Positions 21,328-31,122 of a stretch of 64,000 bases of DNA are shown one piece after another (the first letter of the stretch is position 1; each line of letters opens with the position of its first letter). The notes under the pieces were generated by a model that did not search any database, was not told where the DNA came from, and was given only the letters and a program-made list of their open reading frames with translations. A program made the position numbers and the translations under genes. This DNA is from an uncultured Actinomycetota bacterium. GTDB taxonomy: Bacteria; Actinomycetota; Actinomycetes; JACCUZ01. The stretch spans positions 34,265 to 98,264 of the forward strand of contig CAVXNC010000022.1 in NCBI GenBank assembly GCA_963762865.1. Direction: 5' to 3'.

Positions 21328-23643
21328 TCAGGTGGCGGGCACCGTCTCCGGCTGCGGAGCGCGCTGGCCGGGCAGGTGGACCTCCGGGCGACCCTCGACG
21401 TGCAGCTGGGGGAGCCGCCGGTCCAGCCACGCGGGGGCCCACCAGTTCCACCGGCCGAGCAGGTGCATGACGGCGGGCACCAGCAGCAGCCGGACCACCG
21501 TCGCGTCGATGAGGATCGCTGCGGCCATGCCGACGCCGATCACCTTGAGCACCACGTCCGGGCTCGGGATGAAGGCCGCGAAGACGGCAATCATGATCGC
21601 CGCTGCCGCCGTGATGACCCGGCCGGTCGACGCGAGACCCTCGAGCACCGCGCGCTCGTTGTCGCGGGTTCGCAGCCACGCCTCCCTCATCCGGCTGACG
21701 AGGAAGACCTCGTAGTCCATCGACAGACCGAAGAGCACCGCGAACATCAGCACCGGCACGAAGGCCGGCAGCGGCGTCTCGGTGTCGATGCCGATCAGCT
21801 GCCCGGCCCAGCCACCCTGCAGGACCAGGGCGACGACGCCGTACGCCGCCGCGACCGAGAGCAGGTTCATGGCGGCGGCCTTGATGACGACCGCAACCGA
21901 CCGGAAGGAGAGCAGCAGCACCAGCATCGACAGCAGCACGACGCCGCCGATGAGCAGCGGGATCCGCTTGGAGATGTTGTCGGTCGAGTCGATGGACGTG
22001 GCAGTGACACCGCCGACGTGCACGTCGAGGCCGGATGCCTGGGTGGCGGCCGGGAGCGTGCTGTCGCGCAGCGTCGTCACCAGGTCCTCGGTAGCCGGTG
22101 CCTGCGGACCGGCCGTCGGCACGACGGTGACGATGGCGGTGTCGCCGGCCGGGTTGACGACCGGGTCGGCCACCGCCGCCACACCGGGCACCGCGCGGAC
22201 CGCGTCGGCAACCGGCCCGAGGTCGTCAGCCGAGGCGCCCGAGGGCAGCTCGGTGACCAGCAGCAGCGGGCCGTTCATGCCGGGGCCGAAGCCGTCGGCG
22301 AGCAGGTCGTAAGCCTGCCGGGTCTGGGTGTCCTCCGTGTTGTTGCCCGCGTCGGGGAATCCGTAGCGGACGTCGAGGTAGGGCGACGCGAGCGCGAGCA
22401 GTGCCACCACACCGACGGTCGCGGCGATCCAGCGGTGCCGGTCGACGGCGCGGCTCCAGGCGAGCCAGGCCCGTGACGGCTGCACGTGGCCGCCGACCGC
22501 GACGTCGATCGGGCGCCGACGGCCGAGGGGGATGCGCAGCCGGTCGACGTGCCGCCCGAGGTAGCCCAGCAGCGCCGGGAAGAGCGTGACGCTGGCGGCC
22601 ATCACGACGAGCACCGCGAGGATGGTGACGATGGCCGCGCCGCGCATGAACGACAGGCCCATCGCGAAGAGGCCCATCATCGAGATGACGACGGTGGTGC
22701 CGGCCACCATGACCGAGCGGCCCGCGGTGTCCAGCGTCGCGACTGTCGACGCGTGCTCGTCGAGACCAGCGGCACGCCACTCGCGGAAGCGGGTGACCAT
22801 CAGCAGCGTGTAGTCGACGCCGATGCCGATGCCCATCATCGTCGCGAGCGAGGTCGACCAGTCAGGGGCGTCGATGAACGCGATGAGCAGTCCGGTCAGC
22901 GTGCTGCTGACGGCGAGACCCGCAACCGCGACCAGCAGCGGCAGTCCGGCGGCGACGACCGAGCCGAACGTGATGAGCAGGATCAGCGCCGCGGCCGTGA
23001 GCCCGATGCCCTCAGACCCGATCTCGGCGGCCTCGCCGCGCGTCACCGACTGGCCGCCGAGGGCGACCTGGAAACCCTCGTGATCCGCCCTTTCTGCGAC
23101 AGCGATGAGCTGCTCGGCGTCCTCGACGGGCACATCGTTCGGGTTGACCACGTCGAGGCGGGCCTCGGCGTGCAGCGTGCGCCCGTCCGCCGAGATGCTC
23201 CCTGGTGTCGAGTAGGGGTCGTCGACGGAAGCCACGTGCGGTACGTCGCGCAGCTCGGCGAGCAGGGCCTCCACGTCGGACCGGGCGGCCGGGTCGTTGA
23301 CCCCCTCGGCGCTACCGGTGGCGAGCACGACGACGTCGACGACGTCACCGGCCTGCGAGGGGAAGCGCGACTCGAGCAGGTCCTGGGCCCGGCTGGAGTC
23401 GGAGCCCGGTGCCGAGTAGTCGGCGTTGAAGTCGCCGCCGAAGGCCGCGGACAGGCCGATCGCCAGGAGCAGGGTGGCCAGCCAGCCGAGCACGACACGG
23501 CCACGGCGCCGGAACGAGACGTCGGCGAGCCGGCCCAGCGGACCGGGTCGACCGGCGCTCGACGTCGGGCCGGCAGCCGGTCTGCCGGCCCCGGTGGCCG
23601 GGGGATCGGTGGGGCTGGTGTTCGTGGTGGTGCTGCCGGACAT
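21328..23643 (-). CDS. MMPL family (RND) transporter
   Basis: FGSVVAAGLP, GIGVDYTL, GFGPGMNGP, FGLSMDYEVFL, GRVITAAA. Confidence 0.92.
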   Translation of the reverse strand: MSGSTTTNTSPTDPPATGAGRPAAGPTSSAGRPGPLGRLADVSFRRRGRVVLGWLATLLLAIGLSAAFGGDFNADYSAPGSDSSRAQDLLESRFPSQAGDVVDVVVLATGSAEGVNDPAARSDVEALLAELRDVPHVASVDDPYSTPGSISADGRTLHAEARLDVVNPNDVPVEDAEQLIAVAERADHEGFQVALGGQSVTRGEAAEIGSEGIGLTAAALILLITFGSVVAAGLPLLVAVAGLAVSSTLTGLLIAFIDAPDWSTSLATMMGIGIGVDYTLLMVTRFREWRAAGLDEHASTVATLDTAGRSVMVAGTTVVISMMGLFAMGLSFMRGAAIVTILAVLVVMAASVTLFPALLGYLGRHVDRLRIPLGRRRPIDVAVGGHVQPSRAWLAWSRAVDRHRWIAATVGVVALLALASPYLDVRYGFPDAGNNTEDTQTRQAYDLLADGFGPGMNGPLLLVTELPSGASADDLGPVADAVRAVPGVAAVADPVVNPAGDTAIVTVVPTAGPQAPATEDLVTTLRDSTLPAATQASGLDVHVGGVTATSIDSTDNISKRIPLLIGGVVLLSMLVLLLSFRSVAVVIKAAAMNLLSVAAAYGVVALVLQGGWAGQLIGIDTETPLPAFVPVLMFAVLFGLSMDYEVFLVSRMREAWLRTRDNERAVLEGLASTGRVITAAAAIMIAVFAAFIPSPDVVLKVIGVGMAAAILIDATVVRLLLVPAVMHLLGRWNWWAPAWLDRRLPQLHVEGRPEVHLPGQRAPQPETVPAT

Positions 23644-23679
23644 GGCGGGACCTCTGCGGCTCGGATCGGGCGGAGACGA

Positions 23680-23750
23680 GTAACGCCTCATAACAAAGCC
23701 GATGCTCCGTCACTTGTCAAGAGGCATCACCTGTGTAATGCTCCGTAACA
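23680..23750. promoter_or_regulatory. Putative TetR operator repeats in the divergent MMPL/TetR promoter
   Basis: Related boxes gtaacgcctcataac, gatgctccgtcac and gtaatgctccgtaac in an AT-richer spacer with TTGACA on the minus strand. Confidence 0.4.
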
Positions 23751-23784
23751 CATCCGGTGAACGTACCCGACTTGGAGTGCTGCT

Positions 23785-24510
23785 GTGGTCGCCACCCCCC
23801 TCGGCTCGCGCCGGGAACGTGCCCGCGCCGCCACCATCGAGGAGATCAAGTCCACCGCGCTGCAGCTGATGCGCGAGCAGGGCACCACCGACGTGCGCTT
23901 CACCGACATCGCGCGGGTGATGGGGATGACCGCGCCGGCTCTCTACCGCTACTACGGCGACCGCGACGAGCTGCTGACCGAGCTGATCGCGGACGCCTAC
24001 GTCGCGCTCGGCGAGGCGATCGGTGCCGCCCTGGACGAGCTGGCCCCCGACGACATCGGCGGCCGGTGGCTCGTCGCGGCCGGCGTGTACCGCGACTGGG
24101 CGCGACGCGAGCCGCAGCAGTTCGCCCTCGTCCTCGGGCTGCCGGTGCCCGGCTACGTCGCGCCCGACGAGGGTCCGACCACCGAGGCGGCGAAGCGGGC
24201 GATGTCGCAGCTGGCCAGCCTCTTCGTGGCGGCGGCCCACGCCGGTGAGCTGCGGCCGCCGCTCGTCACCGACACGACCCCGGGGCTCGCCGCCTGCATG
24301 ACCGACAAGCATCCCGAGCTCGAGGGAGTCGTGCCGCCGGAGAGCTTCCAGGCGATGCTGCAGGCGTGGGCGTCGCTGCACGGGTTCACCAGCCTGGAGG
24401 CGTACGGCCACTTCGACTGGCTGACCGACGTCGACCGTGACGCGCTCTTCCGCAGCCACGTCCGGATGATCGCCGAGGCCTCCGGCATCCCGGCGCCGCC
24501 GCCCGCGTAG
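23785..24510 (+). CDS. TetR/AcrR family regulator (WHG-type C-terminal domain)
   Basis: IARVMGMTAPALYRYY..RDELL; WASLHGFTSLE. Confidence 0.9.
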   Translation: MVATPLGSRRERARAATIEEIKSTALQLMREQGTTDVRFTDIARVMGMTAPALYRYYGDRDELLTELIADAYVALGEAIGAALDELAPDDIGGRWLVAAGVYRDWARREPQQFALVLGLPVPGYVAPDEGPTTEAAKRAMSQLASLFVAAAHAGELRPPLVTDTTPGLAACMTDKHPELEGVVPPESFQAMLQAWASLHGFTSLEAYGHFDWLTDVDRDALFRSHVRMIAEASGIPAPPPA

Positions 24511-24531
24511 CGCCAGGTCCGCGGCACGGCG

Positions 24532-25301
24532 TCAGCCCAGGTCGACGACCAGCGCGCGGTGGTCGGAGAGCCCGAGGTCCCGCGCCTCGCCGCGCGCCGG
24601 CAGTAGCGCCCGGGGCAGCCCTTCGACGAGCACGTGGTCGATCTGCCGCGTCGGGTGCTCCACCGGGAAGGTCGGCGCCTCGGCGGCCGGCCGCAGCCCG
24701 CTCACCCGCACCGCGCTGCGCAACGACATGTTGAGGTCGCCCATCAGCACGCGGGGCGCCGGCCTGGCACCCAGCGCCCGGACCACCCGGCGCAGCTGCA
24801 GGCGGTTCCAGCCGGGCAGGAACGACAGGTGGGTGGTCGCCACGGTCAGGTCTCCGGCCGGAGTCTGCGACCACTGCCATCGCAGCGGCCCTGGGCTCGT
24901 CACGCACCACGTCTGGGCCGCCGGCTGCCCGGCCAGACGTACGGCGCGCGGCCGGGGAGGGCGGGCAGCCGCAGGACCCGCCAGTCACGCACCGGGTGGC
25001 GGGAGAGCAGCGCGACGCCGTACGCGGGTGCGTCGGCCGGCTCGCTCCCGGTGGCGACCGTCCACCGCTCGCCTGGCGTGCCGACCAGCGCCGGCACGAA
25101 GCGGTGGTCGACCGCGCCCATGGCCTCGGCAGCGACCGCGGTCAGGTCGGCGTGCTGCGAGCGCGGCTGGCCGCGGTCCACCTCCTGCAGGCCGAGGACA
25201 TCGGCGTCCAGGCTGCGGATGGCGTCGGCGAACCGCCGCTCGTCGACCCGGTCGTCGTCGAGCGAGCGGCCGCTGAGGATGTTGAACGTCGCCAGCCGCA
25301 C
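24532..25301 (-). CDS. Endonuclease/exonuclease/phosphatase family protein (frameshift near 24905)
   Basis: RLATFNI, LGLQEVD, TTHLSF, GDLN, IDHV, SDH. Confidence 0.85.
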
Positions 25302-25339
25302 GTGTCGTGCCTACCCCGGCACGCGGGGTCGGGCACGCG

Positions 25340-25840
25340 TCAGGCGGTGACCGCGTCGATCGCCTTCTTGAGGGCCTTGGGGGAGGTGGGGCTCCGCGGG
25401 GCGGACTTCTTCATCTCGGCCATCTCGGCGCCGAGCTCCTGCAGCTGCTTGCGGGAGAGGCCCTCACGCACCTTCGGGAACCACTCCTGCTCCTCTTCCT
25501 CCATGTGGTGCTTCACGTTCTCCATGAGCACCGTCATCTTCGGCACGAAACGCTCGGCGTCGGGCTCCATGGCGGCCAGCTCCATCACCAGGACGTCCGC
25601 GACGTGGTGCTCCTCGTATGACTCGAGGACATCGTCCTCGACCTCCGGAAGCAGCTCACGGACACGCGGGTACATCACCTCGTTCTCGATGTAGGTGTGC
25701 ACTGTCAGCGCCTCGATGATCTGCGTGGCCAGTCGAGCCTTGGTGGCGGTCGCCTGCTCCCCGGCCTTCTCGAAGTCGCGGAAGAGCTTGCGCATCTCCT
25801 GGTGGTCCTTCTTGAGCAGGACGATGGCGTCGGTCGACAT
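25340..25840 (-). CDS. Hemerythrin-domain protein
   Basis: DAIVLLKKDH, HTYIENEVMYP, EEHH, HHMEEEE. Confidence 0.9.
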   Translation of the reverse strand: MSTDAIVLLKKDHQEMRKLFRDFEKAGEQATATKARLATQIIEALTVHTYIENEVMYPRVRELLPEVEDDVLESYEEHHVADVLVMELAAMEPDAERFVPKMTVLMENVKHHMEEEEQEWFPKVREGLSRKQLQELGAEMAEMKKSAPRSPTSPKALKKAIDAVTA

Positions 25841-25915
25841 GGCGGAGCTCTCCTCGTTCGGTGGTTCGGTGGTCGGTTCTCCGACCTGCTGCCCCCACCT
25901 GCACCAGTCATGCCA

Positions 25916-27820
25916 CTAGTCGGGAACCGGTCTTGCGGGCTCGATGCCGGCCGGCAGGAGGTGCGACTCGGCCCGGATGACGTGCATGACGGCGTTGATC
26001 AGCGCGAGGTGGGTGAAGGCCTGCGGGAAGTTCCCCAGGTGACGTCCGCTGTAAGGGTCGATCTCCTCCGCGTAGAGCTCCAGCGGGCTGGCGTAGGCCA
26101 GCAGCCGCTCGCACAGCTTGCGTCCGCGCTCGAGCTCGCCGATCTCGACGAGGGCGGAGACCAGCCAGAACGAGCAGATGGTGAAGCTGCCCTCCTCACC
26201 GGCCAGACCGTCGTCGGTCTCCTCGACCCGGTAGCGCAGCACGAGCCCGTCGACCGTCAGCTCGTCGGCGATGGCGAGCACGGTGGCCCGGATGCGCGGG
26301 TCGTCCGCCGGGAGGAACCGCATCAGCGGCAGCAGGAGCAGTGACGCGTCCAGCGCGTCGGCGCCGTAGCGCTGCACGAAGACGCCCCGGTCGTCGACGC
26401 CGTTGCGGCAGATGTCGGCGTGGATCTGGTCGGCCAGGGTCTGCCACTTCTCGGCGTACTCCGGCTCGTCGTGCATCCGTGCCAGCCGCGCGCCGCGGTC
26501 GAGCGCGACCCAGCACATCAGCTTGCTCGACGTGAAGTGCTGGGGCTCGCCCCGGACCTCCCAGATGCCCCTGTCCGGCTTCTCCCAGTGCTCGGCGGCG
26601 CAGTCGACCTGCCGCTTGAGCACCGGCCACAGCGACTCCGGCAGCTGCTCGCGGGACCGGACGTGCAGGTAGACCGAGTCGAGCACCGCGCCCCAGACGT
26701 CGTGCTGGCGCTGCGAGTAGGCGCCGTTGCCGGTCCGCACGGGCACCGCACCCTCGTAGCCCGACAGGTGAGGCAGGGACTCCTCGACGAGCTCGTGCTC
26801 GCCGCCGACGCCGTACATCACCTGCAGGTCCCGACCGTCGCGGCACATGTCAGCAACGAAGTAGAAGAAGTCGTCGGCCTCGCGGTCGAATCCGAGGGTG
26901 TAGAGCCCCCACAGCGCGAAGGTCGAGTCGCGGACCCACGCGAAGCGGTAGTCCCAGTTCCGCTCGCCGTGCGGTGTCTCGGGCAGCGAGGTCGTGGCAG
27001 CCGCCACGAGTGCTCCGGTCGGCGCGTAGGTCAGCCCCTTGAGGGTCAGCGCGCTGCGCTGCAGGTAGCTGCGCCACGGGTGGTCCGGGAAGGTACCGAG
27101 GGTGATCCACTGCCGCCAGTACTCGGAGGTGCGCCGGAAGCGCTCCTCGGCGTCCGCGAGGGTCAGCGGGGGCGGCAGCGGCGACCAGGACAGCGCGACG
27201 AAGCGGCTCTCACCCTCGGTCATCCTGGTGCGCGCGTGCAGCCCGGGCCCTTCGATGCCGGGACGCAGGTCCGTGGTCAGCCGCAACGAGACGTCCTGCC
27301 CCTCGGCCGTGGCCACGACCTCGCCGTAGCCGGTGCTGGCGTACTCCCAGGTCGGCTCGGCGCGCGCGAAGTCGAACGACGGCTCGCACGTCATCGACAG
27401 GTCCACCGACCCGCTGACGCAGCGCACGAGGCGCAGCAGGCAGTGCTCGGCGTCGAAGTCGGTCGGTGACCGTCGATGCGTCTTGGAACGCTCGTCCACG
27501 TTGTGCCACGGCCCCATGCACAGCACGTCGCGCACCAGCAGCCAGCCGGTGCGGGTCTGCCAGGTGGTCTCGACGACCAGGCTGCCCGGCATGTAGCGAC
27601 GGGCGGCCGGCACCATCTCGTCGTAGGGACCGATGCGGAACGAGCCGGCGCTGCGGTCGAGGATCGAGCTGAACACGCTCGGCGAGTCGGGCCGGGGCAG
27701 GCACAGCCACTCCACAGCGCCGCTCGGGGCGATCAGGCAGTTGACCTCGCAGTCCGACAGGAACGCGTAGTCGGCGATCGGCGGGAACGGGCTCCGCCCG
27801 GCGGCCTGCTGGTCGTGCAT
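25916..27820 (-). CDS. Glycoside hydrolase family 15 (trehalase/glucoamylase-like)
   Basis: PIADYAFLSD, AAATTSLPE, RNWDYR, GIWEVRG, LGNFPQAFTHLALI. Confidence 0.92.
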   Translation of the reverse strand: MHDQQAAGRSPFPPIADYAFLSDCEVNCLIAPSGAVEWLCLPRPDSPSVFSSILDRSAGSFRIGPYDEMVPAARRYMPGSLVVETTWQTRTGWLLVRDVLCMGPWHNVDERSKTHRRSPTDFDAEHCLLRLVRCVSGSVDLSMTCEPSFDFARAEPTWEYASTGYGEVVATAEGQDVSLRLTTDLRPGIEGPGLHARTRMTEGESRFVALSWSPLPPPLTLADAEERFRRTSEYWRQWITLGTFPDHPWRSYLQRSALTLKGLTYAPTGALVAAATTSLPETPHGERNWDYRFAWVRDSTFALWGLYTLGFDREADDFFYFVADMCRDGRDLQVMYGVGGEHELVEESLPHLSGYEGAVPVRTGNGAYSQRQHDVWGAVLDSVYLHVRSREQLPESLWPVLKRQVDCAAEHWEKPDRGIWEVRGEPQHFTSSKLMCWVALDRGARLARMHDEPEYAEKWQTLADQIHADICRNGVDDRGVFVQRYGADALDASLLLLPLMRFLPADDPRIRATVLAIADELTVDGLVLRYRVEETDDGLAGEEGSFTICSFWLVSALVEIGELERGRKLCERLLAYASPLELYAEEIDPYSGRHLGNFPQAFTHLALINAVMHVIRAESHLLPAGIEPARPVPD

Positions 27821-27863
27821 GTCCTGATGGTGGACCTGTCGGTGGCCGATCGCCACACGTAGC

Positions 27864-28913
27864 GTGGACCGGGTGACGCGTACTCGGGCGCGGGCCGTCC
27901 GGCTGCAGGTTGCCGGGCCCCTCCTGGCGACGCTGCTGGCGGTCCCGGCGGTGGGGTGCACGGCCGGGGACGAGGGCGGTGGCGGCGGGGCGACCGGGAC
28001 CGCGAAACCGCCGGGGTCCTCGATGCGCGGGCAGGAGAAGCAGACGTCGCCCACGCCCTCCGGGTCGCAGTCGCCGGTGCCGGGCTCGCCGTCGGAGGTC
28101 ACGCCGTCGGAGGCCGTGAGCTTCGACCGGGGCGCGGCGATGAGCACCGTCCGGAGGCTGGCCCGGGGCGGTGCCCGCGAGGCGACCTCGGCGCAGTTCC
28201 GCGAGGCGGCCGACGACGTGCAGGCCCGCTTCGCCGAGCTGGGCTACACCGTGCGACGTCAGGCGTTCCCGGTCCCGGCCGGGGTTTCGTGGGGGGTCGA
28301 GGTCGGCTCCGGGACGACGTACAACGTCATCGCGCAGCCGCCCGACTTCGACCCGACCCGGCCGCACCTGCTGGTGGGCGCCCACCTCGACACGGTGCCG
28401 CAGGCGCCGGGCGCCGAGGACAACGCAAGCGGTGTGGCCGTGGTGCTCGAGACGGCGCGGCTGGCTGCGGAAGGCGGCACGCGGCTTCCGGTGGTGTGGG
28501 TGGCCTTCGGCGCCGAGGAGCCGCGCGGTCCCGGTGACGACGAGCACCACTTCGGGTCGCGAGCGTACGTCCGGCGGCTCGACGGGGCCGAGCGTGCCGC
28601 GCTGCGGGGCATGGTGGCGCTGGACCGTGTGGGCGTGCCCGGCCGGGTACCGGTCTGCACCGGCGGGCTGTCACCCCTGCGGCTGCGCCGCGCGCTGCTG
28701 TCCGCGGCCGACGAGGTCAGCGTCCCGGCGAGAGCCTGCGACAACCGCACGAGCGACCACTGGCCCTTCGAGAAGGCCGGTCTGACGGTGGCCCGGCTCG
28801 GCGGCATCGACTACGCCGGCTACCACTCACCGCGCGACCGTGCGTCGGTGGTCAGCCCACGCCAGCTCGACCGGGTCGGTCGGGTCCTCTGGCAGTGGCT
28901 GGGGCAGCGCTGA
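27864..28913 (+). CDS. M28 family metallopeptidase, probable lipoprotein
   Basis: GAHLDTV, GAEDNASG, FGAEE, SDHWPF, YHSPRD; N-terminal AVGC lipobox. Confidence 0.87.
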   Translation: MDRVTRTRARAVRLQVAGPLLATLLAVPAVGCTAGDEGGGGGATGTAKPPGSSMRGQEKQTSPTPSGSQSPVPGSPSEVTPSEAVSFDRGAAMSTVRRLARGGAREATSAQFREAADDVQARFAELGYTVRRQAFPVPAGVSWGVEVGSGTTYNVIAQPPDFDPTRPHLLVGAHLDTVPQAPGAEDNASGVAVVLETARLAAEGGTRLPVVWVAFGAEEPRGPGDDEHHFGSRAYVRRLDGAERAALRGMVALDRVGVPGRVPVCTGGLSPLRLRRALLSAADEVSVPARACDNRTSDHWPFEKAGLTVARLGGIDYAGYHSPRDRASVVSPRQLDRVGRVLWQWLGQR

Positions 28914-28956
28914 CCGCGGTTCGCAGTCCGGCTCGCTGCCGCGGTGAGCGTCGCGG

Positions 28957-30402
28957 TCAGCCGGCGTGCGATCCGCGCAGCGGTGCCGTGCTGGCTCGCC
29001 AGACGTCGGCCAGGATCGCGTCTCCCCTCGCACCTTGCGCCCGGCGCGGCGCGAAGTCGGCACCGATGACGTAGGGCACCAGCCGGGCGCTCTTGAGCGC
29101 CGCACCCCAGAAGGTCAGCTCGAGGACGAACCCCTCGTTGGTCTGCTGCGTGTCCATGTCGAAGACGAAGTTGCCGAGCGAGTAGGCGATCAGCCCGTCC
29201 CCGACGGCCTCGACCCCCTGCACCCAGTGCGGGTGCCCGCCCGCGACCACGTCGGCCCCGGCCCGCACCAGCGCGCGGGCGACCACGCGCTGGTCGCGGA
29301 CGGTGCCGTGCGTGTACTGCGTGCCCCAGTGCGGCACCACGAGCACCACGTCGACCTGCCGGTCCAGCCGTCGCACGATGCCGAGCACCCGGCGGAGGTC
29401 ACCCTCGTCGAGGGGCCCGGTGCGTGGCTGCATGCGCAGGCGCAGCGCGCCAGGAGACTCGGCCGTCGCGGCCGGTGTCTCCCCGATCGCGTCGAAGGCG
29501 ACGACGCCGAACGTGGTGCCGTCGCGCTCGACCACCACCGGCCGGGCTGCTGCGGCCAGGTCGCGGCCGGCACCGACCGGCCGGAAGCCACCGGCCCGCA
29601 GCCGCTCGACCGTCCGGACCAGCGCGCGTGGCCCGTAGTCGCCGGAGTGGTTGTTGGCCATCGACAGGACGTCGAAGCCGGCGAGGCGTAGCCCGCGCCG
29701 CACGTCGGGGCGCGCGCCGAAGGAGTCACCCCCCTGTCGGGGGGCACCCGCCTTCGACAGCGTGCTCTCCAGGTTGCCGATCGTCAGGTCGGCGGCGGCC
29801 AGCCGATCGGCCATCGGTCGCAGGGCCGCGCGCGGGTCGCCGACCGCTGCCAGCCGGTCGCCGACCTGGCGCCCCAGCATGACGTCGCCGGTGACGGTCA
29901 CGGTCGTCACCCGGTCGGGCAGCGGCGTCGCGCCGGCCACCTCGACCGTGGGGGCGTACGACGTCGGGTCTCGCAGCGGGTCGATGCCGTCGACCCGCGC
30001 GACGCCGACCCGGGGACCCACGTCGGTGGCCGGCACGACCGCGACCGCGGCGCGGGACCGGCGGACCGTCGCGAGGTCCGCGACGACCAGCCGACGCCCG
30101 GGCTCGCCGAGCTGCGACCAGGACCGCACCTCGCCGGAGCGAAGCTTCGCGACCTGCGCGCCGGTGAGCGAGAGGCCGTCCCGGGTCGGGTGCACGGCGA
30201 CCGCCAGCGGGACGGTCACGACCGGGGCCGGAGGCGCCGACTCGCTCCCGGACGCGGTGGACGACGACGCGGGCGGGGCAGCCGACGACGCGCCCGGGTC
30301 GGGTGGTGCCGCCCGCTCGGCGTCGGCCGTGCAGCCCGCGGCCATGGTCGCGATCAGCACGAGCAGGGCAGGGGTCGCCCGGCGGGCGGCGGTCAGCACC
30401 AT
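28957..30402 (-). CDS. CapA/PgsA family metallophosphatase-like lipoprotein
   Basis: GDVMLGR, GNLE, MANNHSGDYG, PHWG, GGHPHWVQ, YSLGNFVFD. Confidence 0.88.
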   Translation of the reverse strand: MVLTAARRATPALLVLIATMAAGCTADAERAAPPDPGASSAAPPASSSTASGSESAPPAPVVTVPLAVAVHPTRDGLSLTGAQVAKLRSGEVRSWSQLGEPGRRLVVADLATVRRSRAAVAVVPATDVGPRVGVARVDGIDPLRDPTSYAPTVEVAGATPLPDRVTTVTVTGDVMLGRQVGDRLAAVGDPRAALRPMADRLAAADLTIGNLESTLSKAGAPRQGGDSFGARPDVRRGLRLAGFDVLSMANNHSGDYGPRALVRTVERLRAGGFRPVGAGRDLAAAARPVVVERDGTTFGVVAFDAIGETPAATAESPGALRLRMQPRTGPLDEGDLRRVLGIVRRLDRQVDVVLVVPHWGTQYTHGTVRDQRVVARALVRAGADVVAGGHPHWVQGVEAVGDGLIAYSLGNFVFDMDTQQTNEGFVLELTFWGAALKSARLVPYVIGADFAPRRAQGARGDAILADVWRASTAPLRGSHAG

Positions 30403-30635
30403 CGCCCGCTGAACGCGGGAACGCCCCGAGGTCGTTCCGACGGCGGTCCGGGGTCAGCCTGGGGGATATGTCGGGCACTCGGCACCTCAGGTCACCGCAG
30501 GGTCACGATGCGTCGTCGACGGGGTTACGCCAGGCGTGTCGGACGCGCGAAATGGCCGCCGCGGACGGCCTCCCGTCGCTACGGTGTGCCCCGACGCCGA
30601 CCGGCGTACGACGGGGAACGGCAAGGGGGCAAGAC

Positions 30636-31079
30636 ATGCGTGGCGCATACCGGACCGTTGCAGGTCTCATCGCGCTGGGAGTTCTCGTGCAGGCGGCCGC
30701 GGTCGCCGGCGGCTGGTTCGGAACCATCCACGAGGTCGACGACGGGGCCACGATCACCTCGGACTACGAGGGCAACTTCGGGCACGCCCTGCACGGCATC
30801 AACGGCATGATGATCATGCCGCTCCTCGGCCTGGTGCTCTTCATCATCGCGTTCCTCGCCAAGATCCCCGGCGGCGTCAAGTTCGCCGGCCTCACGTTCC
30901 TGGCGATCATCGTCCAGATCGCGCTGGCGTTCATCTCCTTCGGGGTCCCGGCCATCGGGGCGCTGCACGGCATCAACGCGTTCGTCGTGTTCGGCCTGGC
31001 ACTGATGTGCATCCGCCGAGCGGCGGCAGCGCAGGTCGCTGAGCCGGCGACCGCGCCGGGGGCCACCGCACCTGTCTGA
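30636..31079 (+). CDS. Four-TM membrane protein with His residues in helices, upstream of the multicopper oxidase
   Basis: Hydrophobic helices with two ALHGIN motifs; directly adjacent to the MCO gene. Confidence 0.7.
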   Translation: MRGAYRTVAGLIALGVLVQAAAVAGGWFGTIHEVDDGATITSDYEGNFGHALHGINGMMIMPLLGLVLFIIAFLAKIPGGVKFAGLTFLAIIVQIALAFISFGVPAIGALHGINAFVVFGLALMCIRRAAAAQVAEPATAPGATAPV

Positions 31080-31122
31080 CCGTCACCGACGACTGCGGTG
31101 GCTCAACGCCGCCGCAGTCGTC

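Noticed and set aside
18121-22476. 1451-aa ORF suggesting a giant ATPase fusion
   Set aside because: Only 18406 to about 20100 is real. After the indel it reads off-frame and then antisense to the MMPL gene.
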